From: a virus
Taxonomy: Duplodnaviria > Heunggongvirae > Uroviricota > Caudoviricetes
IMG/VR virus record: IMGVR_UViG_3300020045_008999
Location: 384,001-448,000 of that record
DNA length: 64,000 bases
Reading direction: 5' to 3' (one strand)
Shown one piece after another: positions 1-10,245 of the stretch. Made by a program: the position numbers and the translations under genes. Under the pieces are notes generated by a model, which saw only the letters and a program-made list of their open reading frames with translations, made no database searches and was not told the origin of the DNA. Each line of letters opens with the position of its first letter. Within the stretch, counting starts at the first letter, position 1.

Positions 1-121
1 AAATTATCATTTCCCATTTTTGGATAACCACTCGCATAACATCATCTTCGATAAGTTTACTATCTGTGTATTTTGGATGTCCGGGATATTGGATGTAAAA
101 ATCATTATAATCTACCATTCA

Positions 122-1093
122 CTATATATTAAAAACTTTTCTCACCTCACCAATGAAAGATACACCAATTACGATTGGGTCAGTTTGGCTTTCTAATAAC
201 TTGGTGTATTTACAAACTATTGGAAATACTTCAAACAATTTTTCAACATCTAACTTATTTTGTATGGCATAATCCATTAGTGATGAGCCAAATTGTGAAA
301 TCATCGAATCAATTTTAGTTGGACCAAACGTGTCCATTACGAAATGATATGTGTCGTTAAAATTGGTACCATTGAAAGTAATATTGAATAGTTGATTCCT
401 TGCTTGTGAATTTATATTACCCGACGAATTTATGACCCCATTTAGTTTGAAATCGTCCAATGCTATGAGTGATGCGCGCATATCTGGTGCATTTTTAAGA
501 ACAATTTTCTTGATATCATCAATATGAATTGTGATATTTTCAATTTCTGCAATTTTTACCATTTTTCTAACCAATGATATCATTACTTTATTTGACTCTT
601 CTTTTGATTCCGAATCAAAATTTACTTTAGTGAATCTCGACAAGATGCCAGGTGATATTTTCCCAATGTAGTTAGTGACCAATATAAAGCGAACATTTCT
701 CGCTGAATATTCTTCTACGAATACTTTCATTGCGTCTTGTGCAGCTTGACTCATTCGTTCATATTCATCCATGAATACATACTTGATGTCATTTTTATTG
801 TTCCCGACTAAGTCAAAGCCCATGGGGATGCTTGAACAGAATGATTCCACTTTTGTTCTGATTACATCAATCGATGTTTCCTTGGAGCTATTTAATTCCA
901 AAAAAGCTTTGTCTTTAGTGTACTTTCCGATTAAAATTCTAGCAAGAGAAGTTTTGCCGGTTCCGAAATGTCCGTATAAAATAATGTTACGGTCTAGTAT
1001 ACCATCTATGAATAAATTTCTTATTCTATCTGGTAACACTAAATCATCTATCGTTTTTGGTCGGTATTTCTCGCTTAATAGTAGTTCTTTCAT
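122..1093 (-). CDS. Clamp loader AAA+ subunit (T4 gp44/RFC small subunit-like)
   Basis: EKYRPKTIDDL N-terminal motif, Walker A GHFGTGKTS, Walker B FMDEYE, SRF arginine-finger region. Confidence 0.92.
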   Translation of the reverse strand: MKELLLSEKYRPKTIDDLVLPDRIRNLFIDGILDRNIILYGHFGTGKTSLARILIGKYTKDKAFLELNSSKETSIDVIRTKVESFCSSIPMGFDLVGNNKNDIKYVFMDEYERMSQAAQDAMKVFVEEYSARNVRFILVTNYIGKISPGILSRFTKVNFDSESKEESNKVMISLVRKMVKIAEIENITIHIDDIKKIVLKNAPDMRASLIALDDFKLNGVINSSGNINSQARNQLFNITFNGTNFNDTYHFVMDTFGPTKIDSMISQFGSSLMDYAIQNKLDVEKLFEVFPIVCKYTKLLESQTDPIVIGVSFIGEVRKVFNI

Positions 1094-1117
1094 TGGTATA
1101 ATGTTTATTTAATATAT

Positions 1118-1145
1118 ATGATACACAAAAAAAATAAAATAGTTT
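1118..1145 (-). promoter_or_regulatory. AAAC-N18-TATCAT promoter (putative middle class) for clamp loader
   Basis: Same exact spacing at nine sites in the window. Confidence 0.65.
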
Positions 1146-1850
1146 ATGGTTGGTGATAAATTTAATATGAAAGATACTTTTTTCAGGGACCTTACCGTGT
1201 CAGTTTTGGATAAGTTTGAATCACAAATTAGGTGGGTAAACCGCTTTTCATCTGGTGACGTTAGTGTAATTGTACCATTTTTCTATTCATTGACAGGTGA
1301 TGAACGATTTTTGATGGATGCATTTGTTGATGATGTGGTTTCATGTAATCGGTTTACTGAATTTAACACCGATCGAATTCCCAGAGGACATATTACAATG
1401 TCTGGTATCGATATACTCTCGGATGAATTTGCAAATCCAAATGTGTGGTTAAAAAATGTAATTGAGGAAGAATCGGAATTGCGTAGCGTATTAACTAAAA
1501 TAAGAGCAATCCCAATGAGTATAAGGTATAGTACTAAAATTATATTATCTAGTGAACAAGATGTGTTTAATGCACAGGCATCACTATTAGACACACTATG
1601 GTTATATAATTTTTTAAATTTTGAATTCAATGGTATGTATATTGATGCAGTTATTATGCTACCAGATAGTAATCAAATAAATATAAACCGCGAAATAAAC
1701 ATTGGCACTGATAATAGTATAAGTATTGACTTTGACTTTGAGGTACAAACTTATTATCCAGCATTTAGGAAAGACAACCTGGGTGATGCAAATAACCGAG
1801 GTAGTAGCAACGCAAAGCTACCTACGAGATGGAATAATATTATAGAATAA
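1146..1850 (+). CDS. Tail sheath terminator/completion protein (T4 gp15-like)
   Basis: VPFFYS...RIPRGHITMSGI pattern resembles gp15; size; structural context. Confidence 0.6.
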   Translation: MVGDKFNMKDTFFRDLTVSVLDKFESQIRWVNRFSSGDVSVIVPFFYSLTGDERFLMDAFVDDVVSCNRFTEFNTDRIPRGHITMSGIDILSDEFANPNVWLKNVIEEESELRSVLTKIRAIPMSIRYSTKIILSSEQDVFNAQASLLDTLWLYNFLNFEFNGMYIDAVIMLPDSNQININREINIGTDNSISIDFDFEVQTYYPAFRKDNLGDANNRGSSNAKLPTRWNNIIE

Positions 1851-1922
1851 AAGTGGAAAAAAATGGATTTTTAAACTTAATATATACACTATAAAACATA
1901 CAAAAAATAATTATTTGTTATT

Positions 1923-3206
1923 ATGAAGAATATCAAATTGGAGTTATTCAACTTTAAAAAAACCTTGACATTAGATCAAGAGGACATATCCAGAATTGTA
2001 GAAAGTCACATAGATATATGTAACGACTATTCCGAAAAGCAGATAATTGCCTCATTGGATGTTAGGTTAAAGCCTTATACATATGACCGAGATGTGAAAT
2101 CATTATTAGAATCATTGAATGATGATTTTAGTCAATATCAATTAGTATATGAATTGAAACACTTGTATAGTGTTTTAAATACTAAGAACCAAGGTGAGCT
2201 ATATAGACAACCTATTAATGTTCTTTTACAGACAATTAATGTTGAATCTGATGAAGACAGAATGTCAATGGTCCTTAACGAATTAGCTATATATGACTGG
2301 GTGCCTGAAATCAAACTTTTCGTGCACAATTTGACAAAATCACCAGAGCAAAAAAGTAATTTATTATCAGGTGGTAAATCTGAATCAATCTATACGATCG
2401 TTGAGAGTGTTGAGGGTGGTCATGTTGCATATGTTAATGACTCATGGTTTTTCCTAGGTGAGGATGTTATTGAGAAAACACAACTTTCAGTACATGTTAA
2501 GGATACTGATAAATTGAGAGTTCTTAATATGTTAGAAACTGCAATGAGTTACGCTACTGTTAGTGAAGAAAGAATCGATTTTAGAGTAAGTGAGGGTTTA
2601 ACTATTGGGATTTCAGTTGCCAAAGAGGGAACAATATTTATCAATGAAGATGAAATGAACCAAGAAACTACGCTAGAGAGTTTATTTAGTTCGCCGATTA
2701 TTCCGATCGTAAATAGAAATTTTTATCCATTATTATTGGAAACGATTAACAATGTTGATAAATTTATAGAATTGGATATTGTAAAGAGAATTACCAATTT
2801 AATTAATCCATATTTAGAAGCATATGCATTTAACTACAAAGAATCAATTTATTTATATCGTTGTGACGAAAGATGTGGTAAGAATTTTTACAAATACGAA
2901 GACTCAATGAGTTTAGTAAATGAAGTTAGAAATGAATTAAATTGTGACTTGACATTTTTTTATGAAGATAAAATTGATAAGGAAGTTATCACTAAAAGAC
3001 GATTGGAGGATAAAGAAAGAGAAATAACATTAAAATTGGAAGATGTTAATTTTAATATTTCTAAAGTAATTACCTCTCTTGATTATATTGGTGAATCAGC
3101 AGTTTTGGAAACAGCATTATCAAATTTGAACAGTAGAAAAAACGCATTGGAAGATGAGTTGCAACAAACTGTTGAAGCAAAATATTCTGAACGAATTCGT
3201 AAATAA
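1923..3206 (+). CDS. Hypothetical late/structural protein with C-terminal coiled coil
   Basis: 427-aa ORF; TAATATATA at 1878-1886; hairpin after stop. Confidence 0.7.
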   Translation: MKNIKLELFNFKKTLTLDQEDISRIVESHIDICNDYSEKQIIASLDVRLKPYTYDRDVKSLLESLNDDFSQYQLVYELKHLYSVLNTKNQGELYRQPINVLLQTINVESDEDRMSMVLNELAIYDWVPEIKLFVHNLTKSPEQKSNLLSGGKSESIYTIVESVEGGHVAYVNDSWFFLGEDVIEKTQLSVHVKDTDKLRVLNMLETAMSYATVSEERIDFRVSEGLTIGISVAKEGTIFINEDEMNQETTLESLFSSPIIPIVNRNFYPLLLETINNVDKFIELDIVKRITNLINPYLEAYAFNYKESIYLYRCDERCGKNFYKYEDSMSLVNEVRNELNCDLTFFYEDKIDKEVITKRRLEDKEREITLKLEDVNFNISKVITSLDYIGESAVLETALSNLNSRKNALEDELQQTVEAKYSERIRK

Positions 3207-3265
3207 AAAAACATTAAAAAACAACAAAAACTTCGATTAATATTGGAGTTTTTGTTGTTTATATC

Positions 3266-3293
3266 AAACTTTTTTATGATTGTTTACTATAAG
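3266..3293 (+). promoter_or_regulatory. AAAC-N18-TATAAG promoter for late sigma gene
   Basis: Exact motif and spacing. Confidence 0.65.
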
Positions 3294-3333
3294 TATTATA
3301 CCAATTAAATTTGGAAAAAACTAATTAACTTTA

Positions 3334-3699
3334 ATGTATTTACAAAACAAAGATTTATACTATGAAATAATCGTTTCAAAGGCTCAGGGCAAATTAACAA
3401 GAAATGCAAAATTGATGCTAGAATTATTAGCAAAGCGTACTATTAAGAAAATGCGTTACTGGAGTAATGATGATCGAATGGATTGTTTCCAATCCGGCAT
3501 CCTTGATTTATTCGCAAATTGGCATAATTATAATGATGAAAAATCAGATAATCCATTTGCTTATTTTACTGAAATTTTTAAAAGGGGTGCAGCTAAGGAA
3601 TTTAATTCGTTGTATAAGAAAAAGGGTGATGCTGAACATAGAATTAAACTAATAAGTATTGAATCATCAAATGATGGTCAGGGCTTACATTCTATATAA
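3334..3699 (+). CDS. Late transcription sigma factor (T4 gp55-like)
   Basis: YLQNKDL start, DDRMDC..SG, and NPFAYFTEI, matching the gp55 NPFAYFTQI motif. Confidence 0.8.
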   Translation: MYLQNKDLYYEIIVSKAQGKLTRNAKLMLELLAKRTIKKMRYWSNDDRMDCFQSGILDLFANWHNYNDEKSDNPFAYFTEIFKRGAAKEFNSLYKKKGDAEHRIKLISIESSNDGQGLHSI

Positions 3700-3725
3700 A
3701 AGGCCGGGATTTCCCGGCCTTTTTT
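3698..3725. terminator. Bidirectional intrinsic terminator
   Basis: aggccggga-tt-tcccggcct flanked by A/T tracts between convergent genes. Confidence 0.85.
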
Positions 3726-3727
3726 GT

Positions 3728-5962
3728 CTATAATTCATTTACTTGGTCCATGTTATGTAATACACGTTCATTGAAGTAATCATCGTCATAACTGGTGTAA
3801 TTATCATCACTTGGATATCTAAGTGATCCATGTTCATTTATGTACGTGTTTATAATATCGCTTGAATCGAAATCTATACCAGCATAATCAATTACTTCGA
3901 CTAAGCCAACTTTTTCAAGCATGTAAAATGCATCAAACAGCAATACTATATTACCTTCGATCCATTTTGTGACATTTTTTCCATCCTTGTGGTACTGGAA
4001 AATATCAGATAATTTATCATCTAAATTTTTATAAAATTCATCAGATGACTTAGACTCAGTTGCGTCCATTGCTGATCGCCCAAGTACTCTCTTTACCCCA
4101 TCGTAAGAATCGTCTTCCGCTTCTATTGCATCTTCTACCGATTGTTTCAGATATTTCAATGCAACATGTGCTTCATCACGGTAAATTTTATTAGATTCGT
4201 ATAAATTCATTTTTAAAAATTCATCAACATTATATAAGTTATAATTTTCTTCTTGTATTTCAATCAAATCATTATCAGCATAGTATTTATAAATTTTTAA
4301 AATTGAGGATATATTTAAGTCGGTCATGCAATATTCCCAGTCATTATCAGTACCTTCATGGTAGAAATGATCCCCAATATCCTCTAAATCTAAGTCCCCG
4401 TCGAAATACTGTCCCAGGTCGCCATATCCGGATAATTTAATCTCGGATACCATATCCTCATTTAAATCTAACTTCTTTTTGATTAGATCCTTGTAGTGGT
4501 TATTTATATCGGTACCGGGTGGTGTATTGGTGTATGCAACAAATTCAAAAGCAGTATTATCCCATCCTTTGCGCACATTTAGTAGTTCGATAATTCTACC
4601 ATATGATGCAAATTTATCTGGGAAATTATAAAAAGAATTATCATCAACATCATCTTCACCTGGTATGAATTTTTCTAAATCGTCTACTTTAATGTTGCTG
4701 TCCATTACTACTTCTTTCAGCACATTTAACATATCGGTATCTTCTTTGGGTATGGCATCCATGACACATATTAATATAAGTATTGCCAGTGATTGATTGT
4801 CTATATAAAACGAATCACCTAATGGTTCAAAGAAAACTGAACTATCAAACCCATCACTAAATAAATTCGCGGTTTTTTCGAGTTCGACTGCTATCGATTT
4901 AGATGCCAGTGTTGTAAATTCTTCATTTGACAATAACGCTTCAAGTGTTTCGGTGCTATGAATTGATGATATTTCAATTACTTTATGAAATATATTTTCA
5001 CTTGAACTAATCTCTTTAATTATATCCATAAAAATATTGTCAAACATTTCTTTTTGAATTCCAGTAGTTTTATAAATATGATCCAGATTGAAATATGAAT
5101 TTTCTCGATCTTGACAACCACCATACATTGGCTCATCATTAATATCTATACTGATGCCCAATAAACTATAACGATGTGATTGTGGCAAATTGAAATTAAA
5201 TAATAAATACTGTGTGCCTAAGTTTTCACCCCCCACATATTCATCAAAGTAACTATCTGGTGCGTATACAATACACCATCTCTGTGACCCTAGTTTGATA
5301 ATCAATTCTCTGTTGTTGGATTGGATTAATAATACGTTTTCCGAATCATATACTATTTTAGCATCAGTGGTTTTTTCAACTACACTTAGCACCCCGGCCC
5401 TGGATGAATTAACGCTGCCGTTTTTTACAAAATTAGTAATTGCATTGATGAAGTCCCCAATACTAAGACTATTAGCTTCAAAATATTTAAGTGGTGGAAA
5501 TTGTTTGCGAATATCATCTGGTAATAACATGAATTCGATTACTGTTGCGTCTAATTCATTCTTAACATTGGTACTAAGTCGTTCAATTTTATCTTTCATT
5601 GATCTATATAAAGATCCATAAAATTTATCACAAAGATGTGCTGTTTCAACTCTCTTAATATCGTCTTGAAGTTCCTCAATTGACGTATAATCGTGTATTC
5701 CCTTTGGTAGCTTATTGGCCAAATGTGCTTTATTCAACATCCAATCCGCAACATCATTAAATTGTGCTTCGGTTCCATGTATTTTACCATCATCACTTAC
5801 CATCATTTTGGTAAATATGTATATAAAATTTGGTTTTTTCACAAATTTATCTTTTATGAATGACAGCTTACTTTCCATATTAGATAATCCATTTGCTGCT
5901 AAATACTCACGCATTTGTTTAATATTCTCTGTTATTAGAAATTCTTTTAATTTAATTATCAT
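3728..5962 (-). CDS. Large acidic hypothetical protein, paralog of 7967-10180, putative capsid-internal protein
   Basis: Shared blocks such as GSxRWCIVYAPDSYFD and GGCQDREN; N-terminus MIIKLKEFLITE. Confidence 0.75.
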   Translation of the reverse strand: MIIKLKEFLITENIKQMREYLAANGLSNMESKLSFIKDKFVKKPNFIYIFTKMMVSDDGKIHGTEAQFNDVADWMLNKAHLANKLPKGIHDYTSIEELQDDIKRVETAHLCDKFYGSLYRSMKDKIERLSTNVKNELDATVIEFMLLPDDIRKQFPPLKYFEANSLSIGDFINAITNFVKNGSVNSSRAGVLSVVEKTTDAKIVYDSENVLLIQSNNRELIIKLGSQRWCIVYAPDSYFDEYVGGENLGTQYLLFNFNLPQSHRYSLLGISIDINDEPMYGGCQDRENSYFNLDHIYKTTGIQKEMFDNIFMDIIKEISSSENIFHKVIEISSIHSTETLEALLSNEEFTTLASKSIAVELEKTANLFSDGFDSSVFFEPLGDSFYIDNQSLAILILICVMDAIPKEDTDMLNVLKEVVMDSNIKVDDLEKFIPGEDDVDDNSFYNFPDKFASYGRIIELLNVRKGWDNTAFEFVAYTNTPPGTDINNHYKDLIKKKLDLNEDMVSEIKLSGYGDLGQYFDGDLDLEDIGDHFYHEGTDNDWEYCMTDLNISSILKIYKYYADNDLIEIQEENYNLYNVDEFLKMNLYESNKIYRDEAHVALKYLKQSVEDAIEAEDDSYDGVKRVLGRSAMDATESKSSDEFYKNLDDKLSDIFQYHKDGKNVTKWIEGNIVLLFDAFYMLEKVGLVEVIDYAGIDFDSSDIINTYINEHGSLRYPSDDNYTSYDDDYFNERVLHNMDQVNEL

Positions 5963-5968
5963 GGGTAT

Positions 5969-6646
5969 CTAGTCTTTTTGGAAATCGTATATTGATAGTG
6001 CATTTTCATTATCAAGTATGTAGCTAAATAATCGTTCTGTATCTGATAGTATTTTTTTAAGTTTAAAATTAATTACTATCGTGAATATTTTCCACATGTT
6101 AACATAGTCTGTTTCTGATAAAACTTCTATTACAGCACCACTATCAGATGGCATGAAGCTCACGAAGCCAGACCTTGACGAATATTCCGTTTTTAGATAG
6201 TCCATGAAATCTTGTGAATCTAACAATTTTAGAACCAATTTGGTAAAATATTCAACATCAATATTTATAATAAAATCAACTTCGTCATTTACACTCATGG
6301 TAGTTCGTACTCTACTAACCCCGGATGCTTTTATCGAATTTATCCCAGGGAACTCATTTTTTAATTCAGAGAATAATTCAGTATCAATCCACCGTTGTAT
6401 ATAATTTATAATCATCTTATTGTATTTTTCTGAATCAAATTTTTCTATCATTTCTTCGTGGTGTGACTCGTAATCTTCATCATCATCATCCATATCATCT
6501 TGGTATCCATAATCATATAATAATGCTTCTGGTTCTATTATAGACGCATCGATTATTTCAAATAAATTAGACGAAACCTCAATATCAATAGTTTTCTTAT
6601 CATAATCTGGTGTATTAAATTCCTCGAATATTTTTATGTGTGCCAT
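5969..6646 (-). CDS. Hypothetical protein with capsid-targeting-like N-terminus
   Basis: MAHIKIFEEF; late motif at 6668-6676. Confidence 0.7.
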   Translation of the reverse strand: MAHIKIFEEFNTPDYDKKTIDIEVSSNLFEIIDASIIEPEALLYDYGYQDDMDDDDEDYESHHEEMIEKFDSEKYNKMIINYIQRWIDTELFSELKNEFPGINSIKASGVSRVRTTMSVNDEVDFIINIDVEYFTKLVLKLLDSQDFMDYLKTEYSSRSGFVSFMPSDSGAVIEVLSETDYVNMWKIFTIVINFKLKKILSDTERLFSYILDNENALSIYDFQKD

Positions 6647-6711
6647 TTTATGTATTATTTTATCTTGTATATATTAAAAAATATCATTAGGTTTGTATAA
6701 AAAATAAGAAT

Positions 6712-7014
6712 TTGGAAGATGTTAATTTTGCAATAATGCAATATTGGGAGATAAGTGATGTAGAATTTGGCAATATGTCAAATGGATGTAGTTTACACAT
6801 TGATATGATAAGCCATGCTAAGTATGTTGGGGAGATTTATAAATACCGAAGTAGTACCGTAGTTGACTCTGAATATAATAGAATAGTTGGCCTACCGATT
6901 GTAGTTACCATAAATGATGAAATATTTTCGAGATTAGTAGATAGTCGAGATTTGACATTGGAAGAAGTTGAAATGAATAACTTGATAGAATTTGAAGATT
7001 TGATATTAACATAA
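6712..7014 (+). CDS. Hypothetical protein
   Basis: 100-aa ORF, TTG start, fills the gap. Confidence 0.6.
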   Translation: MEDVNFAIMQYWEISDVEFGNMSNGCSLHIDMISHAKYVGEIYKYRSSTVVDSEYNRIVGLPIVVTINDEIFSRLVDSRDLTLEEVEMNNLIEFEDLILT

Positions 7015-7021
7015 TTTAAAT

Positions 7022-7417
7022 ATGGTTAAATCTAGTTTATTGCGTAAATTACAAATTGAAATTTTATTAAATAACCAAAGCGAAGTGGTTGATGGTTTCC
7101 GATCAATTATTACTGGTTGTGATGTGGTTACATTAGAAATATTCGACAACGGTGGTGATGAAATTGTGTATTATAAAACTGTTGGTGATAAAAAGAAATT
7201 TGTGATATATCTTAATGTTGAATTTAATCTATTGTTTTTAAGTTATGAGAACTATTATGAAATAGCGCGGGACCTATTAGGACAATGTGACTATGAAGAT
7301 GTATGTGCGATTTCAGCGTTTCTTTTGTCAATTGAACTAAATCATAGTTTATTACCCGCACAAGGAGCATTATCTCACATCGAAAATGATATAAATCGAA
7401 GACTAAATTTGTTGTGA
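7022..7417 (+). CDS. Hypothetical protein, LLRxLxI paralog family
   Basis: Similar to 45127-45567 and 45596-45991. Confidence 0.7.
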   Translation: MVKSSLLRKLQIEILLNNQSEVVDGFRSIITGCDVVTLEIFDNGGDEIVYYKTVGDKKKFVIYLNVEFNLLFLSYENYYEIARDLLGQCDYEDVCAISAFLLSIELNHSLLPAQGALSHIENDINRRLNLL

Positions 7418-7927
7418 TTATTTTCGATTTATGTGCTTCTCGGTTAATATAATAAATTCAAACCCTTTTCGCTCGCAGTATTCGATCATATATTTCCACT
7501 TTGACATATTCGCATTGTACATTTTTAAAGAATATTCTAAATTTTTCAATTGTTTCGCATTCATATTTTCTTTGATGATGGGTGGTCTAGTTTCTGAATC
7601 TGGTTTCACTTCGGCAACTACTTTTCGGGTGGTATTGTCTTTCAGTAATATTTCGTAGTAGAAATCTGGGTAATACGTATGTGATGTTTCGATAAATGAT
7701 TGTAATTGAGCGTTCCAAGTTTTTTTAAGATATGGGATTTGTATCCACTCGGCGGACCATCGTATGATAGCTGGATTTTGGTCCAAATAAGTCATCATTT
7801 TTTCCTCTAGTCCACTGCGGTAGTAAAGTCCCCCTTTTCCATTTAGTTTAATTACTTTCATTTTATTCTTTGGTGTGAATAATCCTTGTTTGTATTTTCC
7901 TCCGGATCTAGGCGCGCTATTTATCAT
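7418..7927 (-). CDS. Head completion nuclease (T4 gp4-like, TnsA-type PD-(D/E)xK)
   Basis: YKQGLFTPKN, YRSGLE, WSAE..IPY, YYPDF, EVKP, GFEFIILTE. Confidence 0.88.
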   Translation of the reverse strand: MINSAPRSGGKYKQGLFTPKNKMKVIKLNGKGGLYYRSGLEEKMMTYLDQNPAIIRWSAEWIQIPYLKKTWNAQLQSFIETSHTYYPDFYYEILLKDNTTRKVVAEVKPDSETRPPIIKENMNAKQLKNLEYSLKMYNANMSKWKYMIEYCERKGFEFIILTEKHINRK

Positions 7928-7966
7928 AATTTCTATTTTTTATTTAGTTATATATTAAAAAACACA

Positions 7967-10180
7967 TTATTCAGTATCGATACCATTACCTTCCAGTTCT
8001 TCATTTATCCGTTCATTTAAATAGTCCTCGTCTATTGAACCATGTACATCTTCCGGAATTGAAAGCTTCCTGTTCATATCAAGGTAATTGAGTACTAATT
8101 CATTTGCACCAAACACTTCCCCATAATCGGCAATGAGATTATCCATGTCATCATCGGTCAATAGATTGAATGCATTTACTTTTAATATCAATTTATCCCC
8201 CACGTACGTTGCATGTGAACCATTTTCATATGCTATAAAAATATTACCTAGTTGGTTTTCAATTTTTTTGTGAAATTCCTCGCCCTGGCCACTCGCATAT
8301 GCGAATGAATATGCCTGATTTAATGAATCTTTGATATCATCGGACTCATCTTCATCTATTACTTCGCGTAAGATGTCATATAACTCGCGTAGTGCGATAT
8401 GGTCATTGTTCTGATATATTAAATTCCTAGAATTTGAATAATTCAAACTTCGATATTCTTTGGTGTCATATTTCAATACCGTATTGTGGTCAAAGTCATC
8501 ATTCCCTTCTGATATGTAATATTTCGCTATTGAAATTAATGTATTAATTGTTAAATCATCAACTGCGGTTTGCCAATCATCCGTTGAATAATTATCAATC
8601 CATGCTTCATCTGGATTTTGGAAATCCATATTTGTATCCTCGAAGTATACTTTAAGGTCATCCCAATCGTTGTGGTGTATAGTAGAAATCATTTCGGAAT
8701 CCGCGTCTAATGCTTTTACCAATCGTTGTTTGTAATAGGAATGTATCTCACTTTCTTCAGGGGTATTTTTATATGCAATAAAATCAATCATTGTATTGTC
8801 AGTACTATGTTTGTAGCCGAATGCCACGATTCTATTACCATATGTCTCGAATTTGTCTGGATAATTATAATATTCCTCATTATGCTCAAATATAAAATCA
8901 TATGCGTCCAAACCATCAATATTTTCCAAATCGGAAAATATTTTCTGGAAGTCTAAAATCATATCAGTATTGCTAATATCAATCGAATCGAATATGTACA
9001 TTAACATGGTATCCAGTACACCACGGTGTCTCATGTAGAAATCATCATCTAAAATGGATAGCGCACTTTCCAAATCGTTAAAGTTTGAAGATATATCACT
9101 AAAATATTTGATTGTGTTATCTTTGAATTTTTCCAAATCCACTGTTTTCTCTAACTCTTGTTCAGTCAGTTTCTCACCCCATTCAATTACAGCTGATAAT
9201 GGATTTTCGTCGATCAGTATATTATCAATAAGGTCAGTGAAAATATTGGTGAAAATACTTTGTGACAATTCCGTTATTCCAGTTACTGCTGTGATTTTAG
9301 CAATGGACATACCATTATTTTCCCGGTCCTGGCAACCACCATGTATGGACTTACCATCTGTATTGATACTTATCCCGAACAGACTAAACTTACTAGATTG
9401 TGGTAAGTTGAAATTAAAAACCAAATATTGCGTTCCTAGTGAATAACCACCTACGTATGTATCAAAATATGAATCGGGTGCGTATACAATGCACCATCGA
9501 TTCGATCCAAGTGTGGTGACTAAGTCGCGATCATTTGATTGTATGACTAGTACATTATTTTTATCATATACTATTTTCGCATTATCTGTATCGGAGACAA
9601 CTGATAGCACACCATCTCTCGAAGAATTCACCATCCCATTAGTGATAAAACTTTCCATTGCCTTTGACAAATCATTTATTGATAAGTGGTTTGCCTCAAA
9701 ATATTTTAGTGGTGGGAATGTTTTTCTAATATCATTTGGTAGCAGCATAAACGATGCTACAATAGTATCTAGTTCTTGTTTTTGTGTTGATGATAAATTA
9801 TCGATTGTTATTTTCATAGATCGGTATAATGAATTATAGAATTTATCACAAATATGTGCAATATCTACCTTTCTAATATCATCCTGAAGTTCCTCTATTG
9901 AAATATAGTTTGTAACATTCTGTGGTAGTTTATTGACCAAATGAGATTTATTGATAATCCAATCAGCCACTAAGTTAAATTGTTCAATTGTTCCTTGTAG
10001 ATTTCCATCTGTATCCACCATCATTTTGGTAAACGGGTAAATTAAGTTTGGTTTTTTTGAAAACTTATCTTTGATGAACGATAAATCATCTTCCATTTCT
10101 GATATACCATTACTTGATAAGTAGGCTCTCATTTGTTTGATGTTTTCGTTAATTAGGAATTCATTTATTTTCTTTATCAT
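7967..10180 (-). CDS. Large acidic hypothetical protein, paralog of 3728-5962 (ATG start at 10180 preferred)
   Basis: Paralogy; MIKKINEFLINE; late motif 10204-10212. Confidence 0.75.
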   Translation of the reverse strand: MIKKINEFLINENIKQMRAYLSSNGISEMEDDLSFIKDKFSKKPNLIYPFTKMMVDTDGNLQGTIEQFNLVADWIINKSHLVNKLPQNVTNYISIEELQDDIRKVDIAHICDKFYNSLYRSMKITIDNLSSTQKQELDTIVASFMLLPNDIRKTFPPLKYFEANHLSINDLSKAMESFITNGMVNSSRDGVLSVVSDTDNAKIVYDKNNVLVIQSNDRDLVTTLGSNRWCIVYAPDSYFDTYVGGYSLGTQYLVFNFNLPQSSKFSLFGISINTDGKSIHGGCQDRENNGMSIAKITAVTGITELSQSIFTNIFTDLIDNILIDENPLSAVIEWGEKLTEQELEKTVDLEKFKDNTIKYFSDISSNFNDLESALSILDDDFYMRHRGVLDTMLMYIFDSIDISNTDMILDFQKIFSDLENIDGLDAYDFIFEHNEEYYNYPDKFETYGNRIVAFGYKHSTDNTMIDFIAYKNTPEESEIHSYYKQRLVKALDADSEMISTIHHNDWDDLKVYFEDTNMDFQNPDEAWIDNYSTDDWQTAVDDLTINTLISIAKYYISEGNDDFDHNTVLKYDTKEYRSLNYSNSRNLIYQNNDHIALRELYDILREVIDEDESDDIKDSLNQAYSFAYASGQGEEFHKKIENQLGNIFIAYENGSHATYVGDKLILKVNAFNLLTDDDMDNLIADYGEVFGANELVLNYLDMNRKLSIPEDVHGSIDEDYLNERINEELEGNGIDTE

Positions 10181-10245
10181 TATTGTCAATATATTGATTT
10201 ACCTATATATTAACTTTTTTATATATAGGTAAATGAATATAAATT

